Part shown: positions 29,552-40,738 of the stretch, one piece after another
How the letters are laid out: every line of letters starts with the position of its first letter
Position numbering within the stretch: the first letter of the stretch is position 1
Assembly: GCA_944332725.1 (NCBI GenBank)
Contig: CALVKO010000002.1
Span: forward strand, 1 to 52,319
Direction of reading: 5' to 3'
Source of the DNA: an uncultured Bacilli bacterium
GTDB lineage: Bacteria > Bacillota_I > Bacilli_A > RF39 > UBA660
DNA: 52,319 nt
Made by a program: the position numbers and the translations under genes
The notes under the pieces: model-generated
What the model saw: only the letters and a program-made list of their open reading frames with translations
Databases searched by the model: none
Told to the model about the DNA's origin: nothing

Positions 29552-30247
29552 TCACTCCATCAATTCATAATTTAACACGCTTAACAAATAAATTGGCACT
29601 GTTTCTACTCGTAATATATTATTTCCTAATGTTACTAGTTTAAATCCCATATTTACTAATTTATCTTCTTCTAGTTCTGTTAATCCACCTTCTGGACCTA
29701 TTAACATAATTATTGTATCACATTTTAAATTATTTTTTAATACTTTTTTTATTGTATTATCTTTTTCTCTTGTACTACAAACTATTTTTAATCCATCATA
29801 ATCTAATTGTTCGATTTTTTTCACATTTGTTATAAATGGAATATCTAATCTTTTTGATTGTTCACTTGCTTCCTTACAAATTTTATTCCATCGTTCAATT
29901 TTTTTATTTTCTTTACCATCTATTTTAACCATACTTCTTGTAGTTAAAAACGGAACTATTTCGTCTACTCCTAATTCTGTTGCTTTTTGTAAAACAAAAG
30001 ACATCTTTTGTTCTTGCAAAAGTGGTACACATAAAATATATTTATATTTTTTTTCTTTTTTTGCTACTACTATTTTTTCAATTACCGCATTATAATCTTT
30101 GTCTAATTTACAAATGTGTAATTGATTATTATAAACAACCTCAATATAATCTTCTTTCATCCGCATAACAGTTTTAATATGATATAAATCATCTTTAGAA
30201 AGAATTAACATATTATCTTTTTTTAATTCAGAAAAATATCTTTGCAT
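29552..30247 (-). CDS. rsmE: 16S rRNA (uracil1498-N3)-methyltransferase
   Basis: MQRYF N-terminus and the SPOUT C-terminal motif LIGPEGGLTELE. Confidence 0.85.
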   Translation of the reverse strand: MQRYFSELKKDNMLILSKDDLYHIKTVMRMKEDYIEVVYNNQLHICKLDKDYNAVIEKIVVAKKEKKYKYILCVPLLQEQKMSFVLQKATELGVDEIVPFLTTRSMVKIDGKENKKIERWNKICKEASEQSKRLDIPFITNVKKIEQLDYDGLKIVCSTREKDNTIKKVLKNNLKCDTIIMLIGPEGGLTELEEDKLVNMGFKLVTLGNNILRVETVPIYLLSVLNYELME

Positions 30248-30248
30248 T

Positions 30249-30554
30249 TTATCGATTATTATCTATCCATTCATTTAATAAAGGTTCTGCCAAAAAACCA
30301 ATTTTTTTATCAACAATTTGACCTTTTTTAAATAAAATAAGAGTTGGAATAGACATTACTCCATATGTTCTAGCCAGTGATTCAAATTTATCAACATCAA
30401 CTTTTATAATTTTAATATTATCTCTATTTGAAGAGACACTTTCTAATACTGGTCCCATCATTTTACAAGGTCCACACCAAGTTGCAAAAAAATCAACTAA
30501 AGCATACTCACTATTAATTATTTCATTAAATTCTTTTTCATTTTTAATTTCCAT
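30249..30554 (-). CDS. trxA: Thioredoxin
   Basis: WCGPCK active site. Length 101 aa. Confidence 0.95.
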   Translation of the reverse strand: MEIKNEKEFNEIINSEYALVDFFATWCGPCKMMGPVLESVSSNRDNIKIIKVDVDKFESLARTYGVMSIPTLILFKKGQIVDKKIGFLAEPLLNEWIDNNR

Positions 30555-31275
30555 TTAAATCTCCTCCATATGTTCTTATTAAATCGCCATAATTATCAAA
30601 AGTATCAATTTTTCCTTCATCAATCAATTTTTTTAGTGATTCTGGCGTTATTATTTCATATTTTAGAAATAATTCTATTGCTTGATAATTAAATTCACTT
30701 TCGCTAATCGTTTTATCACTATAATTATCTTTTAAAACGATAAATTCATTTATTACGTTGACACTCTTATCAGCGAAAGATGATAATATTGGTGTTTTAT
30801 CTAAAATTTTATCTTTATATTTTGAATCATCAATAAAATCAACATCATAAATAGTTAGTGATACAACATATAAAGCAATAAAAACAAATACATAATGGTA
30901 TAATATGCCTACTATTGCACCGGCTATTTTAGAAGGTAAACTAAGTATAATTGTAGCATTAATTATTTTTTCAAAAACTGATGTTATTGTCAATAATACC
31001 TTTAACACAATAGATAATAAAATAACGCAAATGATAAAGGCTATTCCTTCATATACTAATATATTTAATATTTCAACATTCTTTAGTAATCCGATTTTAA
31101 AGAACGGCAAATATTCATACATAATTACAGACAAAGGATTTTTTAAAAAGTAAGCAATAATTACAACGACTACAAAACCTAACGCTTCAACTACTTCTTT
31201 AGTAAAGCCTCTCTTAAATCCTAAAACGGCACCAAATAATATAAAAATTATAATTATTATGTCTAAAATATTCAT
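30544..31275 (-). CDS. cvpA: CvpA-family membrane protein
   Basis: N-terminus MNILDIIIIIFILFGAVLGFKRGFTKE and four TM helices. Confidence 0.7.
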   Translation of the reverse strand: MNILDIIIIIFILFGAVLGFKRGFTKEVVEALGFVVVVIIAYFLKNPLSVIMYEYLPFFKIGLLKNVEILNILVYEGIAFIICVILLSIVLKVLLTITSVFEKIINATIILSLPSKIAGAIVGILYHYVFVFIALYVVSLTIYDVDFIDDSKYKDKILDKTPILSSFADKSVNVINEFIVLKDNYSDKTISESEFNYQAIELFLKYEIITPESLKKLIDEGKIDTFDNYGDLIRTYGGDLNGN

Positions 31276-31293
31276 AAATCACCTCATTATATT

Positions 31294-31650
31294 TTATTCG
31301 ATAACTTCATATTTATAATTGTTATCAACTTTTGTTATTTTAACTTGCAAATCATTACTAAATAATTCATTTGTTTTAGGATTAGTTATATCATTTTCAA
31401 CGAATCCTGCTTGTTTTAATTGTTCTAAAGTTAAAGTAATTGATTCTCCATCATTTTCTGGTAATTCAAAAACATGACTACTAGCCCAAGTTTTCGCACC
31501 TACTATAATGTTATCAATTTGAATATTATATAAATTTTCTTTATTTTCTTTCATTATATTAGTAATTGATGTAATTGATATTAATGCAATAACTGCTAAA
31601 ACAATTAAAACTCCTAACAATTCTGCTAATGTAAAACCTTTATTTTTCAT
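31294..31650 (-). CDS. Small pseudopilin (ComGC-like, prepilin N-terminal methylation domain)
   Basis: MKNKGFTLAELLGVLIVLAVIALISI. Length 118 aa. Its start overlaps the dnaE stop by 11 nt. Confidence 0.8.
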   Translation of the reverse strand: MKNKGFTLAELLGVLIVLAVIALISITSITNIMKENKENLYNIQIDNIIVGAKTWASSHVFELPENDGESITLTLEQLKQAGFVENDITNPKTNELFSNDLQVKITKVDNNYKYEVIE

Positions 31651-34468
31651 TGTCCACCTTCTTCATTCTACTAATTACAATTTGGTATTTGTCAAACCTT
31701 TTTTCAACTCTACCCTCTACTATATATACACTACTTATAATTATATCACAAATTGTATCAGAAAACAAAATAAATTCTAAATTATTTGTTTCATCGCTTC
31801 CTGTTATAAAGTACATATCTTTGTTATTCTTAGTTTTTACCTTTTTTATATTTTCTATCAAAATAATCGCAATAACTTTTTTATCATAATATTTACCTAT
31901 ATCTATCAAATTAATTGCTTTGTATTTCCTTTTTAAATTAGTTACAGGATGACCACTTAAATAAGTACCAAACGCCTCTAATTCTCTTTTTAGTAATTCC
32001 TGTTTACTATATTCTTGCATATTAATTAATTCGGGTTTTAAATTATCCTCTAATAAACCACCTAATTCACTATAATTAATTATTAAATCTATATTATTAT
32101 CGAATGTTTTTTGATTAAGAAATTTTTCAAAGCAACCAGCTTTATTTAAATTCTCTAAAATATTTTTATTTAATTTGTTTCGTGAAACAAAATCAAATAT
32201 ATCTTCATATTTATGTTTATTTCTTTCATTTATAATTGAAGATGCTATAGCATTACCAATACTTTTAATATTTGTTAAAGGATAAACTATATTGTCATTA
32301 TATATTATATAATCTAATTCACTGATATTAATATCCGGCTTTAAAACATTAACTTTACAAATATTAATATATTCTCGAGTTTTTATTTCACTTCCTATTA
32401 CCATAGATAATAAATTTTTCATAAATATTTTATAATAATGAGCCTTTAAATAAGCCATTTTATAAGCAATCATTGCATAAGAAACAGAATGAGCCTTATT
32501 AAAACCATAAGACGCAAATTTTAAAATCAAATCGTATATTTTAGTTGCAACATCTTTACTATAACCATTAGAAATACTCTGATTAATAAATTTATCCTTT
32601 TCTTTTAATAATATATCTTCTTTCTTTTTACTCATTGCTTTTCTTAATAAATCGGCTTCCGCTAATGAATAATTTGCCATCACATTGGCTATCTGCATTA
32701 TTTGTTCTTGATAAATAATAATACCATAAGTGCTTTTTAATATAGGAATTAAACTATCAGTAATATAATCAATTTTTTCTATATTATTTTTCCTTTTAAT
32801 ATAACTATCAATGTTATTCATAGGACCAGGTCTAAATAAAGCAATAGCCGCTACGATATCATCAAAATTAGTTATTTTAAATTTATTAATAAAATTAATC
32901 ATACCACTAGATTCAAATTGAAAAATACCAATTGTATCCGCTTTATTAAATATATCAATAGCTTTATTATCGTTAAGTGGAATATCATCAAATTTTAAAT
33001 TAATTTCTTTTAAAATGTTATTTATTAAAGTTAAATTCTTTAATGCTAAAAAATCCATTTTTAATAACCCTATATCTTCTAAATATTCCATTGAATAACT
33101 AGTTATATATAAATTATCGTGATAAGTTAAAGGAATGATTTCATCCAAATCATATCTAGACATTACTACACCAGCAGCATGAACAGAAGTATGCCTTTTT
33201 AATCCTTCTAATTTCAAAGAAATTTTATATAGTTTTTTTAATTCATTATTATTTAAATAATTTTTGATTCTCGGATAATTATCATATAGACTTAATTTTG
33301 CGTCGATTAATTTAACAAAACTATCAACCATATCAGAACTAATATTTAATATTTTACCCACATCTCTTATTACTTGTTTACTACCTAAAGTACCAAAAGT
33401 AATAATAGGCGCTACTCTTTTAATTCCATATTTATTAATACAATAATTTATAACTTCATCTCTTTTAGTAAATTCGAAATCAATATCAATATCAGGCATA
33501 CTGATTCGTTCAGGATTTAAAAATCTTTCAAATAATAAATTATATTTAATAGGATCAATTGATGTTATTTCTAAGCAATATGAAACTAAAGAACCGGCGG
33601 CACTTCCTCTTAATCCAACTAATATATTATTATCTTTAGCATATTTAACATAGTCCCAAACAATTAAAAAATAATTACAAAATCCCATTTTATTTATAAT
33701 ATTTAATTCATATTTTAATCTATCTAAATATATTTTATTTACTTTATCACCAAATAACTTTTTTAACCCATTTATAACCAACTGTTTTAAATAAGAATAA
33801 CTATCTAAATTATTTGGACATTTATATATTGGGAGTAAATCTTGTTTAAGGGGTAAATCTAAATTACATAATTCAATTATTTCTTCATTACAATCATCAA
33901 CATATAATTGATAACTTAATAAATAATTATCATGCTTATTTAGACTAATTTCATTAATACTTGTACTTTTTTTTATAGCATATAGATATTTTAAATATTC
34001 TTTATCCTTTTCTTCTAAATATAATACTTCATTTAAATAAACTAATTTACCACTTAAACTTCTTCTTTCGTCTAAACTAGTATACCCTTTATATAAATAT
34101 TTATAAAATTTATAATCATCATAATTATCTAAATTACTATATGGCACAATACATATTAAGTCATCACTATATTTAATTAAATCTTTTAAATCTACTTTAT
34201 CTTTTGAATTTATTGTACTTAATTTAATTAAGTTTTTATATCCATTATAATTAATAGCATATAAAACAATATTATTTATTTCCAATCCAATAATTGGTTT
34301 AATATTATTTTTTTTACACTTTATATAAAATTCTAAACAGCCATACATCGAATCATCAGTAATAGTTAAAACTTTTATATTGTTTTTTAAAGCATAATTT
34401 ATTAAATCATCAATTTTAATCAAACTACTTAATAAACTATTATCTGTCTTTATATAAAGTGGTCCCAT
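31640..34468 (-). CDS. dnaE: DNA polymerase III alpha subunit (DnaE type)
   Basis: PHP N-terminus, RGSAAGSLVSYCLEITSIDP, MPDIDIDF and HAAGVV. Start taken at MGPLY, which follows GGGTGA. Confidence 0.9.
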   Translation of the reverse strand: MGPLYIKTDNSLLSSLIKIDDLINYALKNNIKVLTITDDSMYGCLEFYIKCKKNNIKPIIGLEINNIVLYAINYNGYKNLIKLSTINSKDKVDLKDLIKYSDDLICIVPYSNLDNYDDYKFYKYLYKGYTSLDERRSLSGKLVYLNEVLYLEEKDKEYLKYLYAIKKSTSINEISLNKHDNYLLSYQLYVDDCNEEIIELCNLDLPLKQDLLPIYKCPNNLDSYSYLKQLVINGLKKLFGDKVNKIYLDRLKYELNIINKMGFCNYFLIVWDYVKYAKDNNILVGLRGSAAGSLVSYCLEITSIDPIKYNLLFERFLNPERISMPDIDIDFEFTKRDEVINYCINKYGIKRVAPIITFGTLGSKQVIRDVGKILNISSDMVDSFVKLIDAKLSLYDNYPRIKNYLNNNELKKLYKISLKLEGLKRHTSVHAAGVVMSRYDLDEIIPLTYHDNLYITSYSMEYLEDIGLLKMDFLALKNLTLINNILKEINLKFDDIPLNDNKAIDIFNKADTIGIFQFESSGMINFINKFKITNFDDIVAAIALFRPGPMNNIDSYIKRKNNIEKIDYITDSLIPILKSTYGIIIYQEQIMQIANVMANYSLAEADLLRKAMSKKKEDILLKEKDKFINQSISNGYSKDVATKIYDLILKFASYGFNKAHSVSYAMIAYKMAYLKAHYYKIFMKNLLSMVIGSEIKTREYINICKVNVLKPDINISELDYIIYNDNIVYPLTNIKSIGNAIASSIINERNKHKYEDIFDFVSRNKLNKNILENLNKAGCFEKFLNQKTFDNNIDLIINYSELGGLLEDNLKPELINMQEYSKQELLKRELEAFGTYLSGHPVTNLKRKYKAINLIDIGKYYDKKVIAIILIENIKKVKTKNNKDMYFITGSDETNNLEFILFSDTICDIIISSVYIVEGRVEKRFDKYQIVISRMKKVDNEK

Positions 34469-34521
34469 AATATCACCCATAAATATTTTACTATATTTTG
34501 TATATTTTTTAAAGAATTTAT

Positions 34522-34550
34522 TTGACTTATTTAAAATATTATAGTAAAAT
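34522..34550 (+). promoter_or_regulatory. Putative rpmB promoter
   Basis: TTGACT (34522-34527), 17-nt spacer, TAAAAT (34545-34550). Confidence 0.5.
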
Positions 34551-34580
34551 GTAGTAGCGAAGAAAACAAGGAGGAATATT

Positions 34581-34751
34581 ATGGCTAAAAAAATAACAAG
34601 TAAAAAACCTTTAACTGGTAATTTAAGATCTCATTCTTGTAAAGCTACTAAACATGCAAGAAAACCAAATTTACAAAAAGTAACATTAGATAATGGGCAA
34701 ACAGTAAGAATGAGCGCAAGAGAATTAAGAACATTAAATAAAGCAGCATAA
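34581..34751 (+). CDS. rpmB: 50S ribosomal protein L28
   Basis: AAGGAGG RBS. Product MAKKITSKKPLTGNLRSHSCKATKHARKPNLQKVTLDNGQTVRMSARELRTLNKAA carries the L28 signature GN.RSH....K....PNLQKV. Too short to appear in the ORF track. Confidence 0.85.
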   Translation: MAKKITSKKPLTGNLRSHSCKATKHARKPNLQKVTLDNGQTVRMSARELRTLNKAA

Positions 34752-34755
34752 TTCT

Positions 34756-34787
34756 AAAAATGTTAGTTAATATTACTAACATTTTTT
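34756..34787. terminator. Bidirectional terminator between rpmB and the oxidoreductase gene
   Basis: A 12-bp stem AAAAATGTTAGT/ACTAACATTTTT. Confidence 0.7.
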
Positions 34788-34803
34788 ATGAATGTTAAAA
34801 AAG

Positions 34804-37800
34804 TTAAACTTCATCGTTTAACTTTTTATAATATTCATAAGTTTTAATAGCATTTTCTTTATTTAATTTTAATAATTCTTTAGAATCATCATTTAATTTA
34901 TCTAACATGGTATACCTTGTTTGTTTCGTTAAAAATTCTTCATAAAGATTAAAATCAGGATTGCAATCTAAAGTAAACTTAGTTAATGGGTTTCTTCTAA
35001 AAATTGGAAAATAACCGCATTTAACAGCCTCTTTTTCCATATCGATACTATTAACCATACCACCTTTAATACCATGAGATATACAAGGAGCATAAGCAAT
35101 TATAATAGCGGGGCCATTATAGTTATTAGCCTCATTAAATGCTTTAATTAATTGCATTGGATTAGCACCTAATGATACTTGAGCAACATAAACATCAGGA
35201 TAACTCATCATCATTCTCGCTAAATCTTTTTTATTTGTTTGCTTACCAGCACTTGCAAACAAAGCAACACTACCTTTTGGTGTAGCCTTACTTGCTTGAC
35301 CGCCAGTGTTAGAATATACTTGAGTATCAAGAACTAAAATTTTAATATTTTCACCACTTGCTAAAACGTGATCAATTCCAGAAAAGCCAATATCATAAGC
35401 CCAACCATCACCGCCGATAGCCCAAATACTTCTTTTAACAATATAGTCTTTATAAGGTAACAATTCTTTATATTTATTAAAATCAATTGTATCATAATAT
35501 TTTTTTGTTATATTGTAATCATCAATATTATTAATATATTCATCAAATTCTTTATATTTACTCATAATATTAACAATCTTCTGTTTATTTATTTTATCCG
35601 CTTGTAAAAATCCAAATCCATATTCAGCATTATCCTCAAATAATGAACTTGCCCAAGGTATGGTATAAGGTGTAGAAGGTGCACTAGCCCCATATATTGA
35701 AGAACAACCAGTTGCATTTGATATTATCATACTATCACCAAACAATTGCGTTAACAATTTGATATAAGGTGTTTCTCCACATCCAGCACAAGCTCCACTA
35801 AATTCAAATTTAGGTTGTTTAAATTGAGTATTTTTAACATTATTTAAATTATTTTCTTTGCAAGTTATATTTTTAGATAAATAATCAAATACTTTTTGTT
35901 CTTCCTCTACATCAATCAATTCTTTAAATTCTAATGATTTTTCTTTAGACATACATGATTTAATACATAATCCACAACCTGTACAATCTTTAACACTAAT
36001 ACCAATTATATATTTATCAATACATCTTTCTTTTATATAATCTGGAGCTTTTTCATATTCTTCATCAGATAGTTGAAACGGTCTAATTACGCCATGTGGA
36101 CAAACAAACGAACACATATTACATTTAATGCAATTACTACTTATCCAAGAAGGTACAAAATCAGAAATACACCTTTTTTCATCTTTACTAGTTCCGGCAT
36201 TAAATGTCCCATCAGGCATATTTTCGAAACTAGACACCTTTAATTCATCACCTTTGCGATGACGCATTGCTAAATAAACATCAACATATTTTGGTCTTTC
36301 TTGATATTCATAATCATCATCTAATTTAACTTCTTTTAAATATTTGATAGCATTATCAATAGTAAATATATTAGATTTAACTATTTCTTCACTCTTTAAA
36401 TCAAATCTATTTTTAATGTCATCTTTTAATTGTTTAACAATATCATCATTTAAAAAATTAGTTAAATGTAACATTACAACTTCCATAATCGTACTTATTT
36501 TGTTTTTAATACCTGCTTTAGACGCTAATTCATAAGCATTGATAATATAAAATTTAATATTTTTGTTTTTTATAATATATTTAACATCACTAGGCAAAAA
36601 ATTAATTACTTCTTTTTCATTTTTTACTGTATTTAATACAAATATGCCATTGTCTTTAATTTTATTCAATATTTCATAATCATTTAAATAAGTATCTTTA
36701 GTGACTACTATCAATGATGGATGCTCAACATAATAAGTTGATTTAATTTTATTATCACTAAATCTTAAATGACAATTAGTTACACCACCAGATTTTTTAG
36801 AGTCATATTGAAAATATCCTTGGACATACTTATTAGTATTTTTTCCAATTAATTTTATTAATGATTTAGAAGCACTTACCATACCGTCAGACCCGTAACC
36901 ATATACTAACATTTCTAAACTATTATCTAATTTATAATCTGTTTCTTTTAAACTCAAATTAGTTACATCATCATTAATACCAATAGTAAAATTAGAAACA
37001 GGATTATCTAACATATCATATACGGCTTTTATTTGACTAGGTGTTGTATTTTTACTAGATAATCCATATCTTCCACCTACTACTTTAATATTTTTATCTT
37101 TTAATACATTTACAACATCTAAATATAAAGGTTCGTTATTAAATTCTTTAGTTCGATCCAATACTGCAATACTTTCAACTGTATTAGGTAAAATGTTTAA
37201 AAAATACTTACTAGAAAACGGACGATATAAATGAACTTCAATTAGACCGTATTCTTTTAAATCATCGATTACTTCTTTAATAGTCTCACAAACTGAGCCC
37301 ATTGCAACAATAACCTTTTTGGCTTCTCTATTACCATAATAATTAAATGGTTTATAATCGCTATTAGTTATCTTATTAATTTTTTCCATATAACTATTAA
37401 CTATATCAGGAACTTTATCATAATATTTATTTCTTATTTCAGTAGCTTGAAAATAAACATCATCACTTTGACTAGTACCATAAGTTTTAGGATTATTAAT
37501 ATTAATAGCTTTATTTCTAAATTCATTTAATTTATCATAATTAATTAAATTTTTAACATCATCACTCTCTAAAATATTTATTTTTTGTAATTCATGTGAT
37601 GTTCTAAATCCATCAAAAAAATGCATAAATGGTAAACTAGATTCAATTGCTGATAAATGGGCTACTGCTCCTAAAAAATTAGTATCATTTACATTAGAAG
37701 ATGCCAACATATTAAATCCTGTTGCTCTAGTTGCATAAATATCCTGATGATCTCCTAAAATAGATAAAGCATGAGTTGATAAACTTCGTGCTGCTACATG

Positions 37801-38136
37801 CATAACGCAAGGTAACATTTCACCCGCTATTTTATACATATTAGGTATCATTAATAATAATCCTTGACTTGCTGTAAAAGTCGTAGTTAAAATACCTGAT
37901 CTAAGTAAGCCATGAACTAAACCACTAGCCCCTGCTTCACTTTGCATTTCAATTACTTTCACTTTATTACCAAATATATTAGTAAAACCTTTATTTGACC
38001 ATTTATCAATATGTTCGGCCATTGGACTAGAAGGTGTAATTGGATAAATACCTGCTGCTTCTGTAAATAAATAAGCTATATTACTACATGCTTCATTACC
38101 GTCAATAATAACTTTTTTCAATTTAATCACCTTCAT
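34804..38136 (-). CDS. nifJ: Pyruvate:ferredoxin (flavodoxin) oxidoreductase, single-chain
   Basis: Ferredoxin motifs CIKCNMCSFVCPHG and CTGCGLCIKSC, plus the TPP motif GGDGWAYDIG. Length 1110 aa. Confidence 0.95.
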   Translation of the reverse strand: MKVIKLKKVIIDGNEACSNIAYLFTEAAGIYPITPSSPMAEHIDKWSNKGFTNIFGNKVKVIEMQSEAGASGLVHGLLRSGILTTTFTASQGLLLMIPNMYKIAGEMLPCVMHVAARSLSTHALSILGDHQDIYATRATGFNMLASSNVNDTNFLGAVAHLSAIESSLPFMHFFDGFRTSHELQKINILESDDVKNLINYDKLNEFRNKAININNPKTYGTSQSDDVYFQATEIRNKYYDKVPDIVNSYMEKINKITNSDYKPFNYYGNREAKKVIVAMGSVCETIKEVIDDLKEYGLIEVHLYRPFSSKYFLNILPNTVESIAVLDRTKEFNNEPLYLDVVNVLKDKNIKVVGGRYGLSSKNTTPSQIKAVYDMLDNPVSNFTIGINDDVTNLSLKETDYKLDNSLEMLVYGYGSDGMVSASKSLIKLIGKNTNKYVQGYFQYDSKKSGGVTNCHLRFSDNKIKSTYYVEHPSLIVVTKDTYLNDYEILNKIKDNGIFVLNTVKNEKEVINFLPSDVKYIIKNKNIKFYIINAYELASKAGIKNKISTIMEVVMLHLTNFLNDDIVKQLKDDIKNRFDLKSEEIVKSNIFTIDNAIKYLKEVKLDDDYEYQERPKYVDVYLAMRHRKGDELKVSSFENMPDGTFNAGTSKDEKRCISDFVPSWISSNCIKCNMCSFVCPHGVIRPFQLSDEEYEKAPDYIKERCIDKYIIGISVKDCTGCGLCIKSCMSKEKSLEFKELIDVEEEQKVFDYLSKNITCKENNLNNVKNTQFKQPKFEFSGACAGCGETPYIKLLTQLFGDSMIISNATGCSSIYGASAPSTPYTIPWASSLFEDNAEYGFGFLQADKINKQKIVNIMSKYKEFDEYINNIDDYNITKKYYDTIDFNKYKELLPYKDYIVKRSIWAIGGDGWAYDIGFSGIDHVLASGENIKILVLDTQVYSNTGGQASKATPKGSVALFASAGKQTNKKDLARMMMSYPDVYVAQVSLGANPMQLIKAFNEANNYNGPAIIIAYAPCISHGIKGGMVNSIDMEKEAVKCGYFPIFRRNPLTKFTLDCNPDFNLYEEFLTKQTRYTMLDKLNDDSKELLKLNKENAIKTYEYYKKLNDEV

Positions 38137-38200
38137 TAATTATATCATAAATTTGCTTTTTTTTACTAAAATGCTATAATATTTTAGAGGAGTTGATTTT

Positions 38201-38953
38201 ATGAATTTTAAAAAAGTCAATCATAAAAAAATTATTTGTATATTATTATCAGGTTTTATTATTGTTACTATATCTGGATGTTCTAAAACAGATTCTAGTT
38301 TAACTAATATTCATGAAGAAAGTAATGAATTTAAAATGCCAACAAATAATAATCAAGTAGTAGATGGTCAACCTGAATTTAATGAAAATATTCCACAACA
38401 TGAAATAGAAAACAATGCCCAAATTGAAACTCAAAATTATAGTCAAAATGATGAAACTGCTATTGCCACATTTAACAATATTGAAGAAGAAGTAGACACA
38501 ATTTTAGATAGTGAAAATATTTCTAACGCTAAAGAAAAGGTAAAAGGAACATTTATAACAATCGTTGATTTTATATTTTATGATAGCGAAATAAATGGCG
38601 TTACATTTGATAAATTAACAGATTCTGGTAAACAAAAGGTTTTGGAAATTGCTAACAAAATAGATAATAAGATCGAAAATAAATTTCCTAATTATAAAGA
38701 CACTATTTCTGATACTACAAAAAAAGCTTTTAATAAAGCTAGTGAACTAATTAAAAAAGGTGCTGAAAATGTAAGTGAATTTTCTAAAGAAAAATTAGGC
38801 GAAGAAAATTATAATGCTATTATAAATGCTAAAGATGAAATAATTGATTATACCAAAGAAGCAATTGAAATTATTGGTGATGTTGGTAGTGATGTATTTA
38901 ATAGTGGAAAAGAATATATCAAAAACTGGTATGAAAATTTAAAAAGAGATTGA
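38201..38953 (+). CDS. Putative lipoprotein
   Basis: Signal peptide with lipobox IVTISGC, and an N/E/K-rich mature part. Confidence 0.6.
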   Translation: MNFKKVNHKKIICILLSGFIIVTISGCSKTDSSLTNIHEESNEFKMPTNNNQVVDGQPEFNENIPQHEIENNAQIETQNYSQNDETAIATFNNIEEEVDTILDSENISNAKEKVKGTFITIVDFIFYDSEINGVTFDKLTDSGKQKVLEIANKIDNKIENKFPNYKDTISDTTKKAFNKASELIKKGAENVSEFSKEKLGEENYNAIINAKDEIIDYTKEAIEIIGDVGSDVFNSGKEYIKNWYENLKRD

Positions 38954-38961
38954 TTCTCTTT

Positions 38962-39696
38962 TTATTTTGTAAAATTTTCTTCCATTTCTTTATCAAATAT
39001 CGCACTATTATTTTTACCATTTTTTTTGACATAATATAAAGCAACATCTGCTTCTTTAATTGCTTTGGTAATCCTTTTACTTCCATCATATAAAGATAAT
39101 CCTGCAGAAAATGATAAATTTAAATTTTCAGTTTGCATATTAAAATCTCGATTAATTTTATCAATCCTTAATTTTACTGATTCAATATTATCAGTATCAA
39201 ATATAATTAAAAATTCTTCTCCGCCATATCTTCCTGCAAAATCTTTTTCACGAATATTTTTTTTAATAATACTTCCTAATAAATTCAAAACTTGATCACC
39301 TACTGGATGGCCATAATTATCGTTAACTTTTTTAAAATCATCTATATCACATAGTACAAAAATACTCGTTTTTCTTAATTTTGCAATATAATCTTCCAAA
39401 TCCTCTCTTGTTGCTAACCCTGTTATTTTATCCTTCTTTAAGGCTAAAACAAATTCAATATACTTTGTTACATCTTCTAAATAAGAAACCCTACATTCAA
39501 TCCCGTCAAGTATAATAGTTTTTTCTTTACATTTGTAATAATTATTTTCATATTGAAATGTATCTTCATAAATCATTTTTTTTGTTAATTCATTATATTT
39601 ACCACTTACTATAACTTGACTATCATAAATTATTTTATACTCCCAACCGAAACTAGATAATAATTGTTTTAAAATTTCTAAAGTCAAAATAATCAC
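38962..39696 (-). CDS. GGDEF-domain diguanylate cyclase
   Basis: DIDDFKKVNDNYGHPVGD and the active site GRYGGEEFLIIF. Confidence 0.85.
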   Translation of the reverse strand: MIILTLEILKQLLSSFGWEYKIIYDSQVIVSGKYNELTKKMIYEDTFQYENNYYKCKEKTIILDGIECRVSYLEDVTKYIEFVLALKKDKITGLATREDLEDYIAKLRKTSIFVLCDIDDFKKVNDNYGHPVGDQVLNLLGSIIKKNIREKDFAGRYGGEEFLIIFDTDNIESVKLRIDKINRDFNMQTENLNLSFSAGLSLYDGSKRITKAIKEADVALYYVKKNGKNNSAIFDKEMEENFTK

Positions 39697-39737
39697 CTCT
39701 AGAACAATTATAAATTATTATTAAAAAAAAGTCAAAA

Positions 39738-40283
39738 TTACATAATTTCAACTTCATCATCATTTTTAAGTAAAAAAGCATTAGCGTCATCTGTGTCTAA
39801 ATGTATTTCAAAATATGCTTCTTCACTCGCTTTAACATTAACCTCAACAACGCCTGGTTTGATACCGCCTATTTTAACTAATATTTTATCTGGCATATTA
39901 TATCTTTCTTTGTCTTGATAGGTTATATGCAGATGTCTATCAGCAATAATACAGCCGTTAGTTTTAATACTACCTTTAGGTCCGATTATTGTAACTACTT
40001 CACTATCTTCTAAATCTCCTGATGTTCTAACGGGTGGATTTAAACCTAATTTATATGCATCAGTTTTAGATATTTCTATTTGTGTATAATTTCTAACTGG
40101 GCCTAAAACTCTTACGTTATTAATTTCCGACTTATCAGTTTTAATTGTTACAGTTTCATTAGAAGCAAATTGACCTGGTTGATTTATTTTATTTTTAATT
40201 GTTAAATTTTTTCCAAATAAAATATCTAAATCACTTTGTTTTAAATGAACATGTCGATTAGAAATTCCTACTTTTACTTTCAT
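39738..40283 (-). CDS. pduL: Phosphate acyltransferase PduL
   Basis: GISNRHVHL, QPGQFA, VRVLGP, TQIEISKTDA and a second ADRHLH motif. Start taken at MKVKVG. Confidence 0.85.
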   Translation of the reverse strand: MKVKVGISNRHVHLKQSDLDILFGKNLTIKNKINQPGQFASNETVTIKTDKSEINNVRVLGPVRNYTQIEISKTDAYKLGLNPPVRTSGDLEDSEVVTIIGPKGSIKTNGCIIADRHLHITYQDKERYNMPDKILVKIGGIKPGVVEVNVKASEEAYFEIHLDTDDANAFLLKNDDEVEIM

Positions 40284-40354
40284 TTTTATCACCAAAATAA
40301 TTATATCATATTTTTAACATTTTTTAATATATTTTATTATGAGAGGAGAATATT

Positions 40355-40696
40355 ATGAATTATTATAATCAATATAATGGGCAAATGTATGTAAAACCAA
40401 CGCCGCCCGGTAATACTAATTATCAGCAAATGGCACTTCCTGCAGAACAATCTTATATCGAAAATATTTTGCGATTAAACAAAGGTAAAAAAGTTAGAAT
40501 TCATCAAACTTTTCCTGATTCTAATGAATGGCGTGATTTAGAATTTACTGGAATAATTGAACAATCAGGTCGTGATCACATTATTTTAAGTGACCCAACA
40601 AATGGAGTTTGGGAATTATTATTAATGATATATGTCGATTATATATCATTTGATGAACCTGTAAATTACGATCCAGATTTTTATTCAACTAATTGA
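40355..40696 (+). CDS. gerQ: Spore coat protein GerQ-like
   Basis: SYIENILRLNKGKK...GIIEQSGRDHIILSDP...LLLMIYVDYISFDE matches the conserved GerQ C-terminal domain as I recall it. Confidence 0.7.
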   Translation: MNYYNQYNGQMYVKPTPPGNTNYQQMALPAEQSYIENILRLNKGKKVRIHQTFPDSNEWRDLEFTGIIEQSGRDHIILSDPTNGVWELLLMIYVDYISFDEPVNYDPDFYSTN

Positions 40697-40738
40697 TATT
40701 TTACAAAAAATTTGTTATAATAAATACGGTGAATGTAG

